This document shows positions 44,346-53,925 of a stretch of DNA of 64,000 bases, piece after piece. How positions within the stretch are numbered: position 1 is the first letter of the stretch; each line of letters begins with the position of its first letter. The stretch lies in assembly GCA_021199305.1 (NCBI GenBank), contig JAJQIH010000037.1:1-64000 (forward strand). The letters are read 5' to 3'. A program made the position numbers and the translations under genes. Origin of the DNA: Ruminococcus sp. Lineage in GTDB: Bacteria > Bacillota > Clostridia > Oscillospirales > Ruminococcaceae. The notes beneath the pieces are model-generated. The model did not search any database. It was not told the DNA's origin and was given only the letters and a program-made list of their open reading frames with translations.

Positions 44346-46226
44346 ATGTTACTCGAAGTAAAAAAGATTAGTAAATATTTTGGAGCGCAGACGGTATTCA
44401 GGGACGTTTCGTTTTCTATTGAGGAAAATGAAACTGTCGGACTTATCGGCGTAAACGGTTGCGGAAAGTCAACTCTTTTAAATATAATTTCAGGCGATCT
44501 GGATTTTGATACAAACGAAAAGGGCGAGGGAAGCGTCAGCTTGAAAAACGGCGCTCGAATAGGATTTCTAAGGCAAAATTCAGGACTTGAATCAAGCGCA
44601 ACAATAGCTGAGGAAATGAGAAAGCCGTTTGCTAAGCTTGATAAAACGCTTGAGCGAATGAAGGAGCTTGAGAAAAATATGACGGAGGAAAACGCCGATG
44701 AATACGCTAAGCTCTCATCCTTCTATGAAGCGAACGACGGCTACAATATCGACGTTTTTATAAGTCGTGTTTTAAACGGAATGGGCTTTTCAGGCTTTGA
44801 TAAAAGCCGTGAGGTTTCAACCCTTTCGGGCGGCGAAAAGACAAGGCTTGCTTTAGCAAAACTACTGCTTGAACGCCCCGACCTTCTCATTTTAGACGAG
44901 CCTACCAATCACCTTGATTTTGAAACGCTGATGTGGCTTGAGGATTACCTGAAGTCGTACAGCGGAGCGGTTTTGGTAGTTTCCCACGACAGATATTTTC
45001 TCGACGCTCTTTGTTCAAGAATACTTGAAATTGAAAACAAGGGACTTCGCTCCTACAAGGGCGGCTACAGCAGATATGTCGTCTTAAAGGAGCAGAACTT
45101 TGAAACTCAGCTTAAAGCATACAGAAAGCAGCAGGAGGAAATAGCAAAGCTCAAAGACTATATTGCCAAAAACAAGGTGCGGGCTTCAACTGCCGCAATG
45201 GCAAAAAGCCGTGAAAAGCAGCTTGAAAAAATAGAGCTGTTAGACAAGCCATTTGAATACAAAAGCCAGGTTCGCCTGAATTTAAGCTATGATATTGAGC
45301 CGCCGAAGGAGCTTTTAAAGGTAATGAATGCAAGACTTGAAATTGGCGGCAGGAGGCTTGTTGACAGCTTTTCGTTTGAGATAAGGCGAGGGGAAAGAGT
45401 CGGAATTGTTGGCAACAACGGAATGGGAAAGTCAACCCTCTTGAAGCTTATCTTAGGAGAAGTACCAAAAGAGCAGGGTAAAATTATCTGGGCGGAAAAC
45501 GTAAAGAGATTTTACTTCGATCAGGAGCTTAAAATGCTCAGTACATATGATACTGTCATGGACTTTTTGCATAACCGCTTTCCGTCGCTTACAGACGGCG
45601 ATATACGAAAAACCTTAGCAAGCGTTTTGTTTTCAGGCGAGAATGTATTTAAAAGCGTAAATATCCTTTCAGGCGGCGAAAAGGTAAAGCTTATGTTTGC
45701 GGTAATGATTCTTACAAGAGCTAATGTGCTGCTGCTTGACGAGCCTACAAACCACCTTGATTTAACCTCGAAGGAGGTTCTGGAAGCGGCGCTTAACGAT
45801 TACGAGGGAACGATAATTTTCGTATCGCACGACAGGTACCTGCTTAACCGACTGGCAACAAGGATTTTTGAAATAGAGGACGGAGCTTTGAATCAGTATG
45901 ACTGCGGCTTTAAAAAGTATATTGAAGGAAAGCGTCTGCAAAGCGCCAAAAGCGAGGTGACACCTGAAAAGCGAGATGAAAAGCCAAAGACTAAAACCTA
46001 CAGAACAAAGCAGCAACGGGCAGAGGACGCAAAGTGCAAGCAGCGCATCCGTGAGATTGAAGGGGAAGTATCTGAGATTGAAGAGCAGGCAAGGGAAATA
46101 AGCGAAAAAATGGCAACGCCTGAAATTGCCGCTGACTATATGGAGGTAAATCGCCTTTGCGAGGAGCTTGATAAGACAAAAGAGCAAATTGACAAGCTTT
46201 TAGAGGAATGGGCTGAGCTTGAGTAA
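44346..46226 (+). CDS. ABC-F family ATPase (two tandem ABC domains, no TM domain)
   Basis: Two Walker A sites (GVNGCGKST; GNNGMGKST), two LSGGE signature motifs, inter-domain linker, C-terminal coiled-coil. Confidence 0.8.
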   Translation: MLLEVKKISKYFGAQTVFRDVSFSIEENETVGLIGVNGCGKSTLLNIISGDLDFDTNEKGEGSVSLKNGARIGFLRQNSGLESSATIAEEMRKPFAKLDKTLERMKELEKNMTEENADEYAKLSSFYEANDGYNIDVFISRVLNGMGFSGFDKSREVSTLSGGEKTRLALAKLLLERPDLLILDEPTNHLDFETLMWLEDYLKSYSGAVLVVSHDRYFLDALCSRILEIENKGLRSYKGGYSRYVVLKEQNFETQLKAYRKQQEEIAKLKDYIAKNKVRASTAAMAKSREKQLEKIELLDKPFEYKSQVRLNLSYDIEPPKELLKVMNARLEIGGRRLVDSFSFEIRRGERVGIVGNNGMGKSTLLKLILGEVPKEQGKIIWAENVKRFYFDQELKMLSTYDTVMDFLHNRFPSLTDGDIRKTLASVLFSGENVFKSVNILSGGEKVKLMFAVMILTRANVLLLDEPTNHLDLTSKEVLEAALNDYEGTIIFVSHDRYLLNRLATRIFEIEDGALNQYDCGFKKYIEGKRLQSAKSEVTPEKRDEKPKTKTYRTKQQRAEDAKCKQRIREIEGEVSEIEEQAREISEKMATPEIAADYMEVNRLCEELDKTKEQIDKLLEEWAELE

Positions 46227-46320
46227 AAAAACCTTGTAAAAAAAGAGCTATTATGGTATACTTATTAGATAAAGACATTTTGTGAAAAATGAAAAATTGA
46301 CAGTTCAAGGAGTTTTGATT

Positions 46321-47514
46321 ATGAAATACGAATTTTCAAAAAAGGTAGCGGGACTTCAGGCTTCCGCAATAAGAGAAATACTTAAATCCACAGGTGACCC
46401 GGAGGTTGTTTCCTTTGCAGCAGGAAATCCGGCACCGGAAGCTTTTCCGGTTGACGAGATTAAGAGAATTTCAAACGACGTTCTGGAAAACGATCCGATA
46501 CTTGCACTTCAATATTCTGTTACCGAAGGCTATACGCCGCTGAGAGATACATTAAAGAAGAGATTGGCAAAGGATAATTGCTTTGATTCTGATACAGACG
46601 AGCTTGTTATAATGTCAGGCGCACAGCAGGCAAACGAGCTTGCTGCAAAGGTTTTGTGCAACGAGGGCGATACTATTGTTTGTGAAGCGCCTTCTTTTGT
46701 CGGATCGCTTAACGCTTTCAAGTCGTATAATGTAGACCTTGTAGGAGTTGAGCTTGAAGAGGACGGAATTAACCTTGAAAAGCTTGAAGAGGTATTAAAG
46801 ACAAAGAGGGTAAAGCTCATTTATCTTATCCCGAACTTCCAGAACCCGACAGGCCTTACTATGAGCTACGAAAAGAGAGTTAAGGTGTTAGGGCTTGCAA
46901 AGAAGTATGATGCTGTAATCTTAGAGGACAATCCTTACGGGGATTTAAGATTTGACGGCGAGAACATTCCCAGCATAAAGAGTATGGACAACGACGGCAG
47001 AGTAATCTATTCGGGAACCTTCTCGAAAATTTTAGCTCCTGCAATCAGAGTCGGTTATTCGTCAGCTCCAAAGGAGATTGTTTCAAAAATGATAGTCTGC
47101 AAGCAGGTAGCCGATGTTCACACAAATATGTGGGGACAGATAATTGCTGACAGATTCTTAAACGAATGCGATATAGACAAGCATTTTGCTTCGCTTCAGG
47201 AGATTTACCGCAAAAAGTGCGGACTGATGCTGAGCTGTCTTGAAAAGAACTTTTCTTCAAAGGTTAAATATACTCGTCCTCAGGGCGGATTGTTCATCTG
47301 GTGTACTTTGCCAGAAGGATATGATATGATGACGTTTTGCAAGCGTGCAGTTGAAGAGTACAAGGTAGCTGTGGTTCCAGGAACGGCGTTTTTGGTAAGT
47401 GAGGAGGAAAAGACTTCTTCCTTCAGAATTAATTTTTCAACTCCTACCGACGAGCAGATTATCAAAGGCTGCGAGCTGATAGGTGCGCTTTCAAAGGAAA
47501 TGTTCGGCGAGTAA
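46321..47514 (+). CDS. PLP-dependent class I/II aminotransferase
   Basis: Fold-type I aminotransferase pattern; GTFSKILAPAIRVGY lysine-containing motif. Confidence 0.7.
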   Translation: MKYEFSKKVAGLQASAIREILKSTGDPEVVSFAAGNPAPEAFPVDEIKRISNDVLENDPILALQYSVTEGYTPLRDTLKKRLAKDNCFDSDTDELVIMSGAQQANELAAKVLCNEGDTIVCEAPSFVGSLNAFKSYNVDLVGVELEEDGINLEKLEEVLKTKRVKLIYLIPNFQNPTGLTMSYEKRVKVLGLAKKYDAVILEDNPYGDLRFDGENIPSIKSMDNDGRVIYSGTFSKILAPAIRVGYSSAPKEIVSKMIVCKQVADVHTNMWGQIIADRFLNECDIDKHFASLQEIYRKKCGLMLSCLEKNFSSKVKYTRPQGGLFIWCTLPEGYDMMTFCKRAVEEYKVAVVPGTAFLVSEEEKTSSFRINFSTPTDEQIIKGCELIGALSKEMFGE

Positions 47515-47548
47515 TTCAAGTTAAAATATATAGATTAGGAGTTTTAGT

Positions 47549-48553
47549 ATGGATAAGGAAAAGAAGCTGATATTAAGTCTTATACAGCCGTCAGCGAAAT
47601 CATTTACGCTGGGAAATTATATAGGCTCGGTCGGAAACTGGGGAAAGCTTCAGGATGAATACAACTGCGTTTACGGAATCGCAGACCTTCACGCAATTAC
47701 CGTAAAGCAGGACCCTGTAGAGCTTAGAAAAAATTCTCTTTCAGCTTATGCTTTGATGCTTGCCTGCGGAATTGACCCTGAAAAGAGCGTTGCGTTTTTT
47801 CAAAGCCACAACAAGTGCCACGCAGAGCTTAACTGGATTTTAGCCTGCAACACTCAGTTCGGCGAGCTTTCAAGAATGACTCAGTTTAAGGATAAGTCAG
47901 CAAAGCACCCCGACAACATCAATGCAGGACTGTTTACATACCCTGTTTTAATGGCGGCGGATATATTGGTTTATAATGCAGATCTGGTTCCTGTCGGAAT
48001 TGACCAGAAGCAGCATTTGGAACTTGCGAGAAACGTAGCTCAGAGATTTAACTACGTTTACGGCGACTTCTTTAAGGTGCCTGAGGCGTATATTCCAAAG
48101 GTTGGCGCAAAGATTATGTCGCTTACCGACCCTACAAAGAAGATGAGCAAGTCGGACGAGAACCAGAACGGCTGCATTTATGTTCTTGACGATAAGGACA
48201 CTATTATCAGAAAGTTCAAAAAAGCAGTTACCGATTCCGACGCTGAAATAAAGTTCGCTGAGGGCAAGGACGGAATCAACAACCTGCTTACTATTTATTC
48301 TGTAATTACTTCAAAGACGGTAGAAGAGGCTGAAGCTGAGTTTTCAGGCAAGGGTTACGGAGAGTTTAAGCTTGCAGTCGGCGAGGTTGTAGCTGATAAG
48401 CTTGCACCGATAAGAGAGGAGCACGCAAGACTGATGGCTGACAAGGCGTATCTCAAAAAGTGCTATACAGAGGGTGCAATGAAGGCTCAGAGCATAGCGC
48501 AAAGAACAGTTACTAAGGCATACAGAAAAGTAGGATTTGTCGACGCCAGATAA
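47549..48553 (+). CDS. trpS: Tryptophan--tRNA ligase
   Basis: Class I motifs around SAKSFTLGNYIG (HIGH-like) and KMSKS. Confidence 0.85.
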   Translation: MDKEKKLILSLIQPSAKSFTLGNYIGSVGNWGKLQDEYNCVYGIADLHAITVKQDPVELRKNSLSAYALMLACGIDPEKSVAFFQSHNKCHAELNWILACNTQFGELSRMTQFKDKSAKHPDNINAGLFTYPVLMAADILVYNADLVPVGIDQKQHLELARNVAQRFNYVYGDFFKVPEAYIPKVGAKIMSLTDPTKKMSKSDENQNGCIYVLDDKDTIIRKFKKAVTDSDAEIKFAEGKDGINNLLTIYSVITSKTVEEAEAEFSGKGYGEFKLAVGEVVADKLAPIREEHARLMADKAYLKKCYTEGAMKAQSIAQRTVTKAYRKVGFVDAR

Positions 48554-48571
48554 ATCCACAAGGAAAGATAA

Positions 48572-51331
48572 ATGAAACGCGCACTATTAAAGGATACTTT
48601 TTTAGAAATAAAAAATTCGTTCGGGCGGTTTATGTCGATTTTGGTAATTGTAATGCTTGGAAGCGGATTCTTTACCGGACTTAAAGCTACAATGCCTGAT
48701 ATGATTGATACGGCTGCGGAATATTTTGAGGAAAATAACCTTGCCGACTTAACGCTTAAATCCTCTTATGGAGTAAAGTACGAGGATATCGAAGAGCTTA
48801 AAGAGCTTGACGACGTAAAAGGCGTTATGGCAGGATACTCAAAGGACGTTTACTATTCTTACGAGGGGAATAACCTTGTCCTGAAGGCGATTTCGTATAA
48901 CGACAACCCCAGCGTTTCTGACAAAAATGTTTTAAATAAGCTTGTAGTTTCAGAAGGCCGCCTTCCAGAAAACAGTGGCGAGTGCGTAGTTGAGCAAAAG
49001 CTAAGCTCGCCAGATACGTTTGAGGTAGGAGAAACTATTACGCTTTCAGAGCCTGACGAATCCAAGTCGCTTTCTGAAAGTCTTAAAACGGATGAGTATG
49101 AGATTGTTGGAATTGTAAGCTCGCCGATGTATATAGGCTATGAAAGGGATAAAACAACCGTCGGCAGCGGTACTGTCGACAGCAATATTTTTATCCTCGA
49201 GGACGATTTCGTTTCCGACTATTATACAGAGGTTTATCTGACAATTGAGGGCGCAGATGAGTATGAGCCGTTTTCCGACGAGTATAAAAGCTATGTTGAG
49301 GAAAAGTCGGAAGCAATAACCGAAGCCTTTGAGCGAAGCGTAAACGAGCGGTATTCTGTACTATTAGCAGACGCTGAGGCGGATATTGAAAGTGCTGAAA
49401 GCGAAGCGGAGGAGTACGAAGCACTATTAAATTCCGACTATGATGCTTTGGTTCAGACGGTTGATAATTTACAGGCGCAGCTTTCCGTTCTCGACAGCGA
49501 TTCTGCTGAATATAGCGCGGTAAGCGAAGTGTATGCCAAGGCGACAACTCTTCTGGAAGCGATAAGAAGCAACGACGAGGTCGTGCTTTCTGAAATGGGA
49601 AACGAGCTTGTTACCGCTCAGCTTCAGATAGCGTCGGCAAAGCAGGAGCTTTCTGAAATGGCGGAGCCTGTGGTTGTTTCTTATGATAGATTTGACAGCT
49701 CTGACTATTCGTCCTATTCGTCAGACAGCGAAAGAATTGACAACATCTCGAAGGTGTTCCCGGTATTCTTTATAATTGTAGCGGCGCTTGTCTGCCTTAC
49801 TACAATGACAAGAATGGTGGACGAAAAGCGGGTTGAAATAGGAACCTATAAGGCGCTTGGCTACAGCGGATTCAGAATTGCCGAAAAGTATCTGGTATAC
49901 GCTTTTTGCGCAACAATTATAGGCTGCACAGTAGGAATGGCAATAAGCTTTCAGCTTTTCCCGAAGGTAATTTTCAACGCATACAAAATGCTCTACAATA
50001 TACCGAAAATCAACACGCCGTTTAAGTGGAGCTATTATATTTTATGTACTCTTTGCGCTTTGGCGGTAACGCTTACAACGGTTATCGTTGCAATCAAAAA
50101 CGAGCTACGGCAGGAGCCCAGTCAGATTATGCGGCCAAAGTCGCCGCCTGCTGGAAAGAGAGTTATACTTGAAAAAATCCCGATTATCTGGAATAAGATA
50201 AGCTTTTTATCAAAGGTAACGGTCAGAAATCTGCTTCGCTACAAGAAGCGGTTCTTGATGTCGGTTGTCGGCGTGGCAGGCTGTACTGCGCTTATCATCG
50301 CAGGCTTTGGACTTAAATATTCTATTTCATCAATTGTCGACAAGCAGTACGGCGAGGTATTTTTGTACGACGCTACGGCATCTGTAAATACCGACAGCCT
50401 GACAGATGAAGCGGAAATCGAGAGCGCAATAGGCGAGTATTCTGAGGTAGATTCTTCCTGCTTGCAGTCGATTGAAAGCTTAGACGTTTACGCAAACGAC
50501 AATCATCAAAGCGCTTATGTAACCGTTCCACAGGATACGGAAACTTATGAAAGCCTGGTAGCGTTAAATTCAGCCGATACTGGCGACCCTTTAAGTCTTT
50601 CAGACGGCGAGGTTCTGATTACTAATAAGCTTTCTCAGCTTTTGGGCGTTGAAACAGGAGATAAAATTACAATAGCGTCGGGACTTGACGAGGTAAGCGT
50701 TACGGTTACAGGAATTGTCGAAAATTACGCTATGCATTACATATATATGTCGCCGACTACTTACGAAAGAGAGTTTGGCGAGAGCGTGGAATATAACTCC
50801 GTTTGCTTAACACTCAACGACGGCACTGACAAGGACGACTTTTCAGCGGCACTTATTGCTTCAGGCGACTTTTTAGGAATCAGCTATACGGAGGAATCGG
50901 GCGAGAGCTTTACCGACAGTATGGATAGCCTTGATATTATAATCTGGGTTCTGATTATATGTGCTGGAGCACTTGCAATCGTCGTGCTTTATAATCTTGC
51001 AAACATAAACATCACCGAGAGAGTAAGGGAAATTGCTACCATTAAGGTTTTAGGCTTTTACGACGGCGAGGTTGCAGCTTATATCTACCGTGAAAATGTA
51101 ATTTCCTGTATTTTGGGAATATTGCTCGGATTTGTTATGGGCGTATTTTTGCACAAGTTTGTTGTAAGTACCTCTGAGGTTGACCTTGTAATGTTTAACC
51201 GTGAGCTTGTATGGTGGGCTTATGCCCTCGGAGCTTTGCTTACAATTTTGTTTGCGGTAGCGGTTAACTTCGTTTTGTACTTTAAGCTCAGCAAGATAAA
51301 AATGGTGGAATCGCTCAAGTCGGTTGAATAA
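48572..51331 (+). CDS. FtsX/MacB-like ABC transporter permease with two 4-TM modules and large extracytoplasmic domains
   Basis: 919 aa; two FtsX-type TM blocks. Confidence 0.7.
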   Translation: MKRALLKDTFLEIKNSFGRFMSILVIVMLGSGFFTGLKATMPDMIDTAAEYFEENNLADLTLKSSYGVKYEDIEELKELDDVKGVMAGYSKDVYYSYEGNNLVLKAISYNDNPSVSDKNVLNKLVVSEGRLPENSGECVVEQKLSSPDTFEVGETITLSEPDESKSLSESLKTDEYEIVGIVSSPMYIGYERDKTTVGSGTVDSNIFILEDDFVSDYYTEVYLTIEGADEYEPFSDEYKSYVEEKSEAITEAFERSVNERYSVLLADAEADIESAESEAEEYEALLNSDYDALVQTVDNLQAQLSVLDSDSAEYSAVSEVYAKATTLLEAIRSNDEVVLSEMGNELVTAQLQIASAKQELSEMAEPVVVSYDRFDSSDYSSYSSDSERIDNISKVFPVFFIIVAALVCLTTMTRMVDEKRVEIGTYKALGYSGFRIAEKYLVYAFCATIIGCTVGMAISFQLFPKVIFNAYKMLYNIPKINTPFKWSYYILCTLCALAVTLTTVIVAIKNELRQEPSQIMRPKSPPAGKRVILEKIPIIWNKISFLSKVTVRNLLRYKKRFLMSVVGVAGCTALIIAGFGLKYSISSIVDKQYGEVFLYDATASVNTDSLTDEAEIESAIGEYSEVDSSCLQSIESLDVYANDNHQSAYVTVPQDTETYESLVALNSADTGDPLSLSDGEVLITNKLSQLLGVETGDKITIASGLDEVSVTVTGIVENYAMHYIYMSPTTYEREFGESVEYNSVCLTLNDGTDKDDFSAALIASGDFLGISYTEESGESFTDSMDSLDIIIWVLIICAGALAIVVLYNLANINITERVREIATIKVLGFYDGEVAAYIYRENVISCILGILLGFVMGVFLHKFVVSTSEVDLVMFNRELVWWAYALGALLTILFAVAVNFVLYFKLSKIKMVESLKSVE

Positions 51332-51394
51332 ATTTCCAGAGGTTTATAATATGAACGAGAACAATAAAAATATTGAAGATAAGGAGATCAAAGA

Positions 51395-52489
51395 ATGAAA
51401 CTAGGTATGGTAGGACTTCCAAATGTTGGTAAATCAACCCTGTTTAACGCACTTACAAACGCAGGAGCTGAGTCGGCTAACTATCCGTTTTGTACGATAG
51501 AGCCGAATGTCGGAATAGTTTCTGTTCCTGACGAACGACTTGATAAGCTCGCTGAAATGTACAACCCAAAGAAGTTTACACCTGCAACGCTTGAATTTGT
51601 AGATATTGCGGGACTTGTAAAGGGAGCTTCCAAAGGCGAAGGACTTGGAAACAAGTTTTTGTCAAACATCAGAGAGGTTGACGCAATAGTTCACGTAGTA
51701 AGGTGCTTTGAGGACGATAATATTGTTCACGTTGACGGAAGCATTGATCCAAAGCGTGATATTGAAACTATAGAGCTTGAGCTTATTTTCTCAGACCTTG
51801 AAATGCTGGACAGGCGAATTGACAGAACCAAAAAGGCTATGAAGGGCGACAAGTCGTTGTCCGCTGTCTGCGACTTTTTGGAAAGACTGAAGGCACACCT
51901 TGAGGAGGGCAAGCCTGCAAGAAGCTTTGATATGAACGAGGACGAGCAGGAGTGGATAAAAGAAACCCCTCTTCTGTCGTTGAAGCCTGTTATCTATGCG
52001 GCGAATATGTCCGAGGACGATTTCATCAACAACATTGAAACTAACAAAAACTATCTGACAGTCAAGGAAATTGCTCAAAGCACAGGCTCGGCGGTGTTTC
52101 CAATCTGCGCTCAGATAGAAGCGGAAATTGCCGATATGGACGAGGAAGATAAGAAAATGTTCCTCTCAGAGCTTGGACTTGAAATCTCAGGACTTAACAG
52201 AATCATAAAGGAAGGCTATGCGCTGTTAGGACTTATTTCTTTCCTGACAGCTGGCGAGCCGGAGGTCAGAGCCTGGACGATAACAAAGGGAACCAAAGCT
52301 CCGCAAGCGGCAGGAAAAATCCACACGGATTTTGAAAAGGGATTTATCCGTGCTGAGGTTGTTTCATTTGATGATCTGATGGAATGCAAAACTATGGCTC
52401 ACGCAAAGGAGCTGGGACTTGTAAGGCTTGAAGGAAAGGATTACGTTATGCAGGACGGCGATATAGTTCTGTTCAGATTTAACGTTTAG
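51395..52489 (+). CDS. ychF: Ribosome-binding ATPase YchF
   Basis: MKLGMVGLPNVGKSTLFNALT...; C-terminal TGS domain. Confidence 0.9.
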   Translation: MKLGMVGLPNVGKSTLFNALTNAGAESANYPFCTIEPNVGIVSVPDERLDKLAEMYNPKKFTPATLEFVDIAGLVKGASKGEGLGNKFLSNIREVDAIVHVVRCFEDDNIVHVDGSIDPKRDIETIELELIFSDLEMLDRRIDRTKKAMKGDKSLSAVCDFLERLKAHLEEGKPARSFDMNEDEQEWIKETPLLSLKPVIYAANMSEDDFINNIETNKNYLTVKEIAQSTGSAVFPICAQIEAEIADMDEEDKKMFLSELGLEISGLNRIIKEGYALLGLISFLTAGEPEVRAWTITKGTKAPQAAGKIHTDFEKGFIRAEVVSFDDLMECKTMAHAKELGLVRLEGKDYVMQDGDIVLFRFNV

Positions 52490-52510
52490 AGCTTACCTGG
52501 AGGAAGAGTA

Positions 52511-53212
52511 ATGGCTTTTGTCGAATTTAAGGACGTTTACAAAACCTATAAAATGGGCGACGTTGAAATACACGCTTCAGACGGCGTCAGCTTTGAGGTT
52601 GAAAAGGGCGAGTTTGCCGTAATTGTCGGAGCGTCTGGCGCTGGAAAGACAACTGTGCTTAATATGCTCGGCGGAATGGATACCTCAAACGGCGGAGAAA
52701 TTTTTGTAGACGGCGAGGATATTGCAAAGTACAAAAAGAAGGAGCTTATCTCCTATCGACGAAACGACGTTGGCTTTGTCTTTCAGTTTTACAACCTCAT
52801 AAACAACCTTACCGCAAAGGAAAATGTCGAGCTTGCAACGCAGATTTGCAAAAACGTCAGAGACAGCGAAGAGGTACTGAAAGAGGTAGGACTTGAAGAG
52901 CGAATGAATAACTTTCCGGCTCAGCTTTCTGGTGGCGAGCAGCAAAGAGTTTCTATTGCCCGTGCGCTCGCTAAAAATCCGAAGCTGCTTTTGTGCGACG
53001 AGCCTACAGGCGCTCTTGATTACAACACGGGAAAAACGATTCTGAAGCTTTTGCAGGACACCTGCCGGAATATGGGAATGACAGTAATAGTTATCACTCA
53101 TAACTCTGCTATCGCTCCAATGGCGGACAGGGTAATAACACTCAAAAACGCAAAGGTGAGCAAGGTTACGCTTAATGAAAATCCGACCGATGTAAGCGAG
53201 ATTGAGTGGTAA
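52511..53212 (+). CDS. ABC transporter ATP-binding protein (MacB/LolD type)
   Basis: GASGAGKTT; [15 protein letters not shown]; [12 protein letters not shown]. Confidence 0.85.
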   Translation: MAFVEFKDVYKTYKMGDVEIHASDGVSFEVEKGEFAVIVGASGAGKTTVLNMLGGMDTSNGGEIFVDGEDIAKYKKKELISYRRNDVGFVFQFYNLINNLTAKENVELATQICKNVRDSEEVLKEVGLEERMNNFPAQLSGGEQQRVSIARALAKNPKLLLCDEPTGALDYNTGKTILKLLQDTCRNMGMTVIVITHNSAIAPMADRVITLKNAKVSKVTLNENPTDVSEIEW

Positions 53213-53243
53213 CGTATAACCTCAGACTACAAAGGAGCCTTAA

Positions 53244-53882
53244 ATGACGAGAAAGGAAAGGGGAGCGGAGGCGGTCAGGCTTTTAAAAGAAAAGTATCCC
53301 GACGCTAAATGCTCGCTTGAATATAAACATCCTCACGAGCTTCTGATAGCAACACGGCTTTCAGCACAATGCACAGACAAGAGAGTAAATATAGTAACGA
53401 AAACCCTGTTTGAAAGGTTTCGCTCGATTGATGACTTTGCTGACGCTGAAATAAGTGAAATTGAGGAGATTATAAAGCCTTGCGGACTTTATAAAACCAA
53501 GGCGAAAAGCATAAAGGAGATGTGTATTCAGCTTCGTGAGGAGTATAATTACACGCTTCCTGATACGATAGAGGAGCTTACAAAGCTCAGCGGAGTAGGC
53601 CGCAAAACCGCAAATCTGATTGTCGGAGATATTTATAATAAGCCGGCAATCGTTACCGATACGCATTGTATAAGAATATGCGGAAGACTGGGTCTTACAA
53701 AAAACACAGAGCCTGAAAAGGTTGAAGACGACCTTCGGAAGGTTATTGAACCCTCTGAAGGAAACAACTTTTGCCACCGACTTGTTTTGTTTGGAAGAGA
53801 TACCTGCAAGGCAAGGGGCGAAAGGTGCGAAATATGTGAGCTGAGTGGAATCTGCAAGCATTTTAATAGTACAAAAAAATAG
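53244..53882 (+). CDS. nth: Endonuclease III
   Basis: HhH-GPD fold; LSGVGRKTANLI; C-terminal 4Fe-4S cluster cysteines. Confidence 0.85.
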   Translation: MTRKERGAEAVRLLKEKYPDAKCSLEYKHPHELLIATRLSAQCTDKRVNIVTKTLFERFRSIDDFADAEISEIEEIIKPCGLYKTKAKSIKEMCIQLREEYNYTLPDTIEELTKLSGVGRKTANLIVGDIYNKPAIVTDTHCIRICGRLGLTKNTEPEKVEDDLRKVIEPSEGNNFCHRLVLFGRDTCKARGERCEICELSGICKHFNSTKK

Positions 53883-53925
53883 ACAGAAACTAAGTCCTTC
53901 GGAAATAACCCGGAGGACTTGTTAG

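Noticed and set aside
47515-47548. Expected T-box leader upstream of trpS
   Set aside because: Only 34 nt separate trpS from the aminotransferase gene, so there is no room for a T-box. trpS appears to be co-transcribed.
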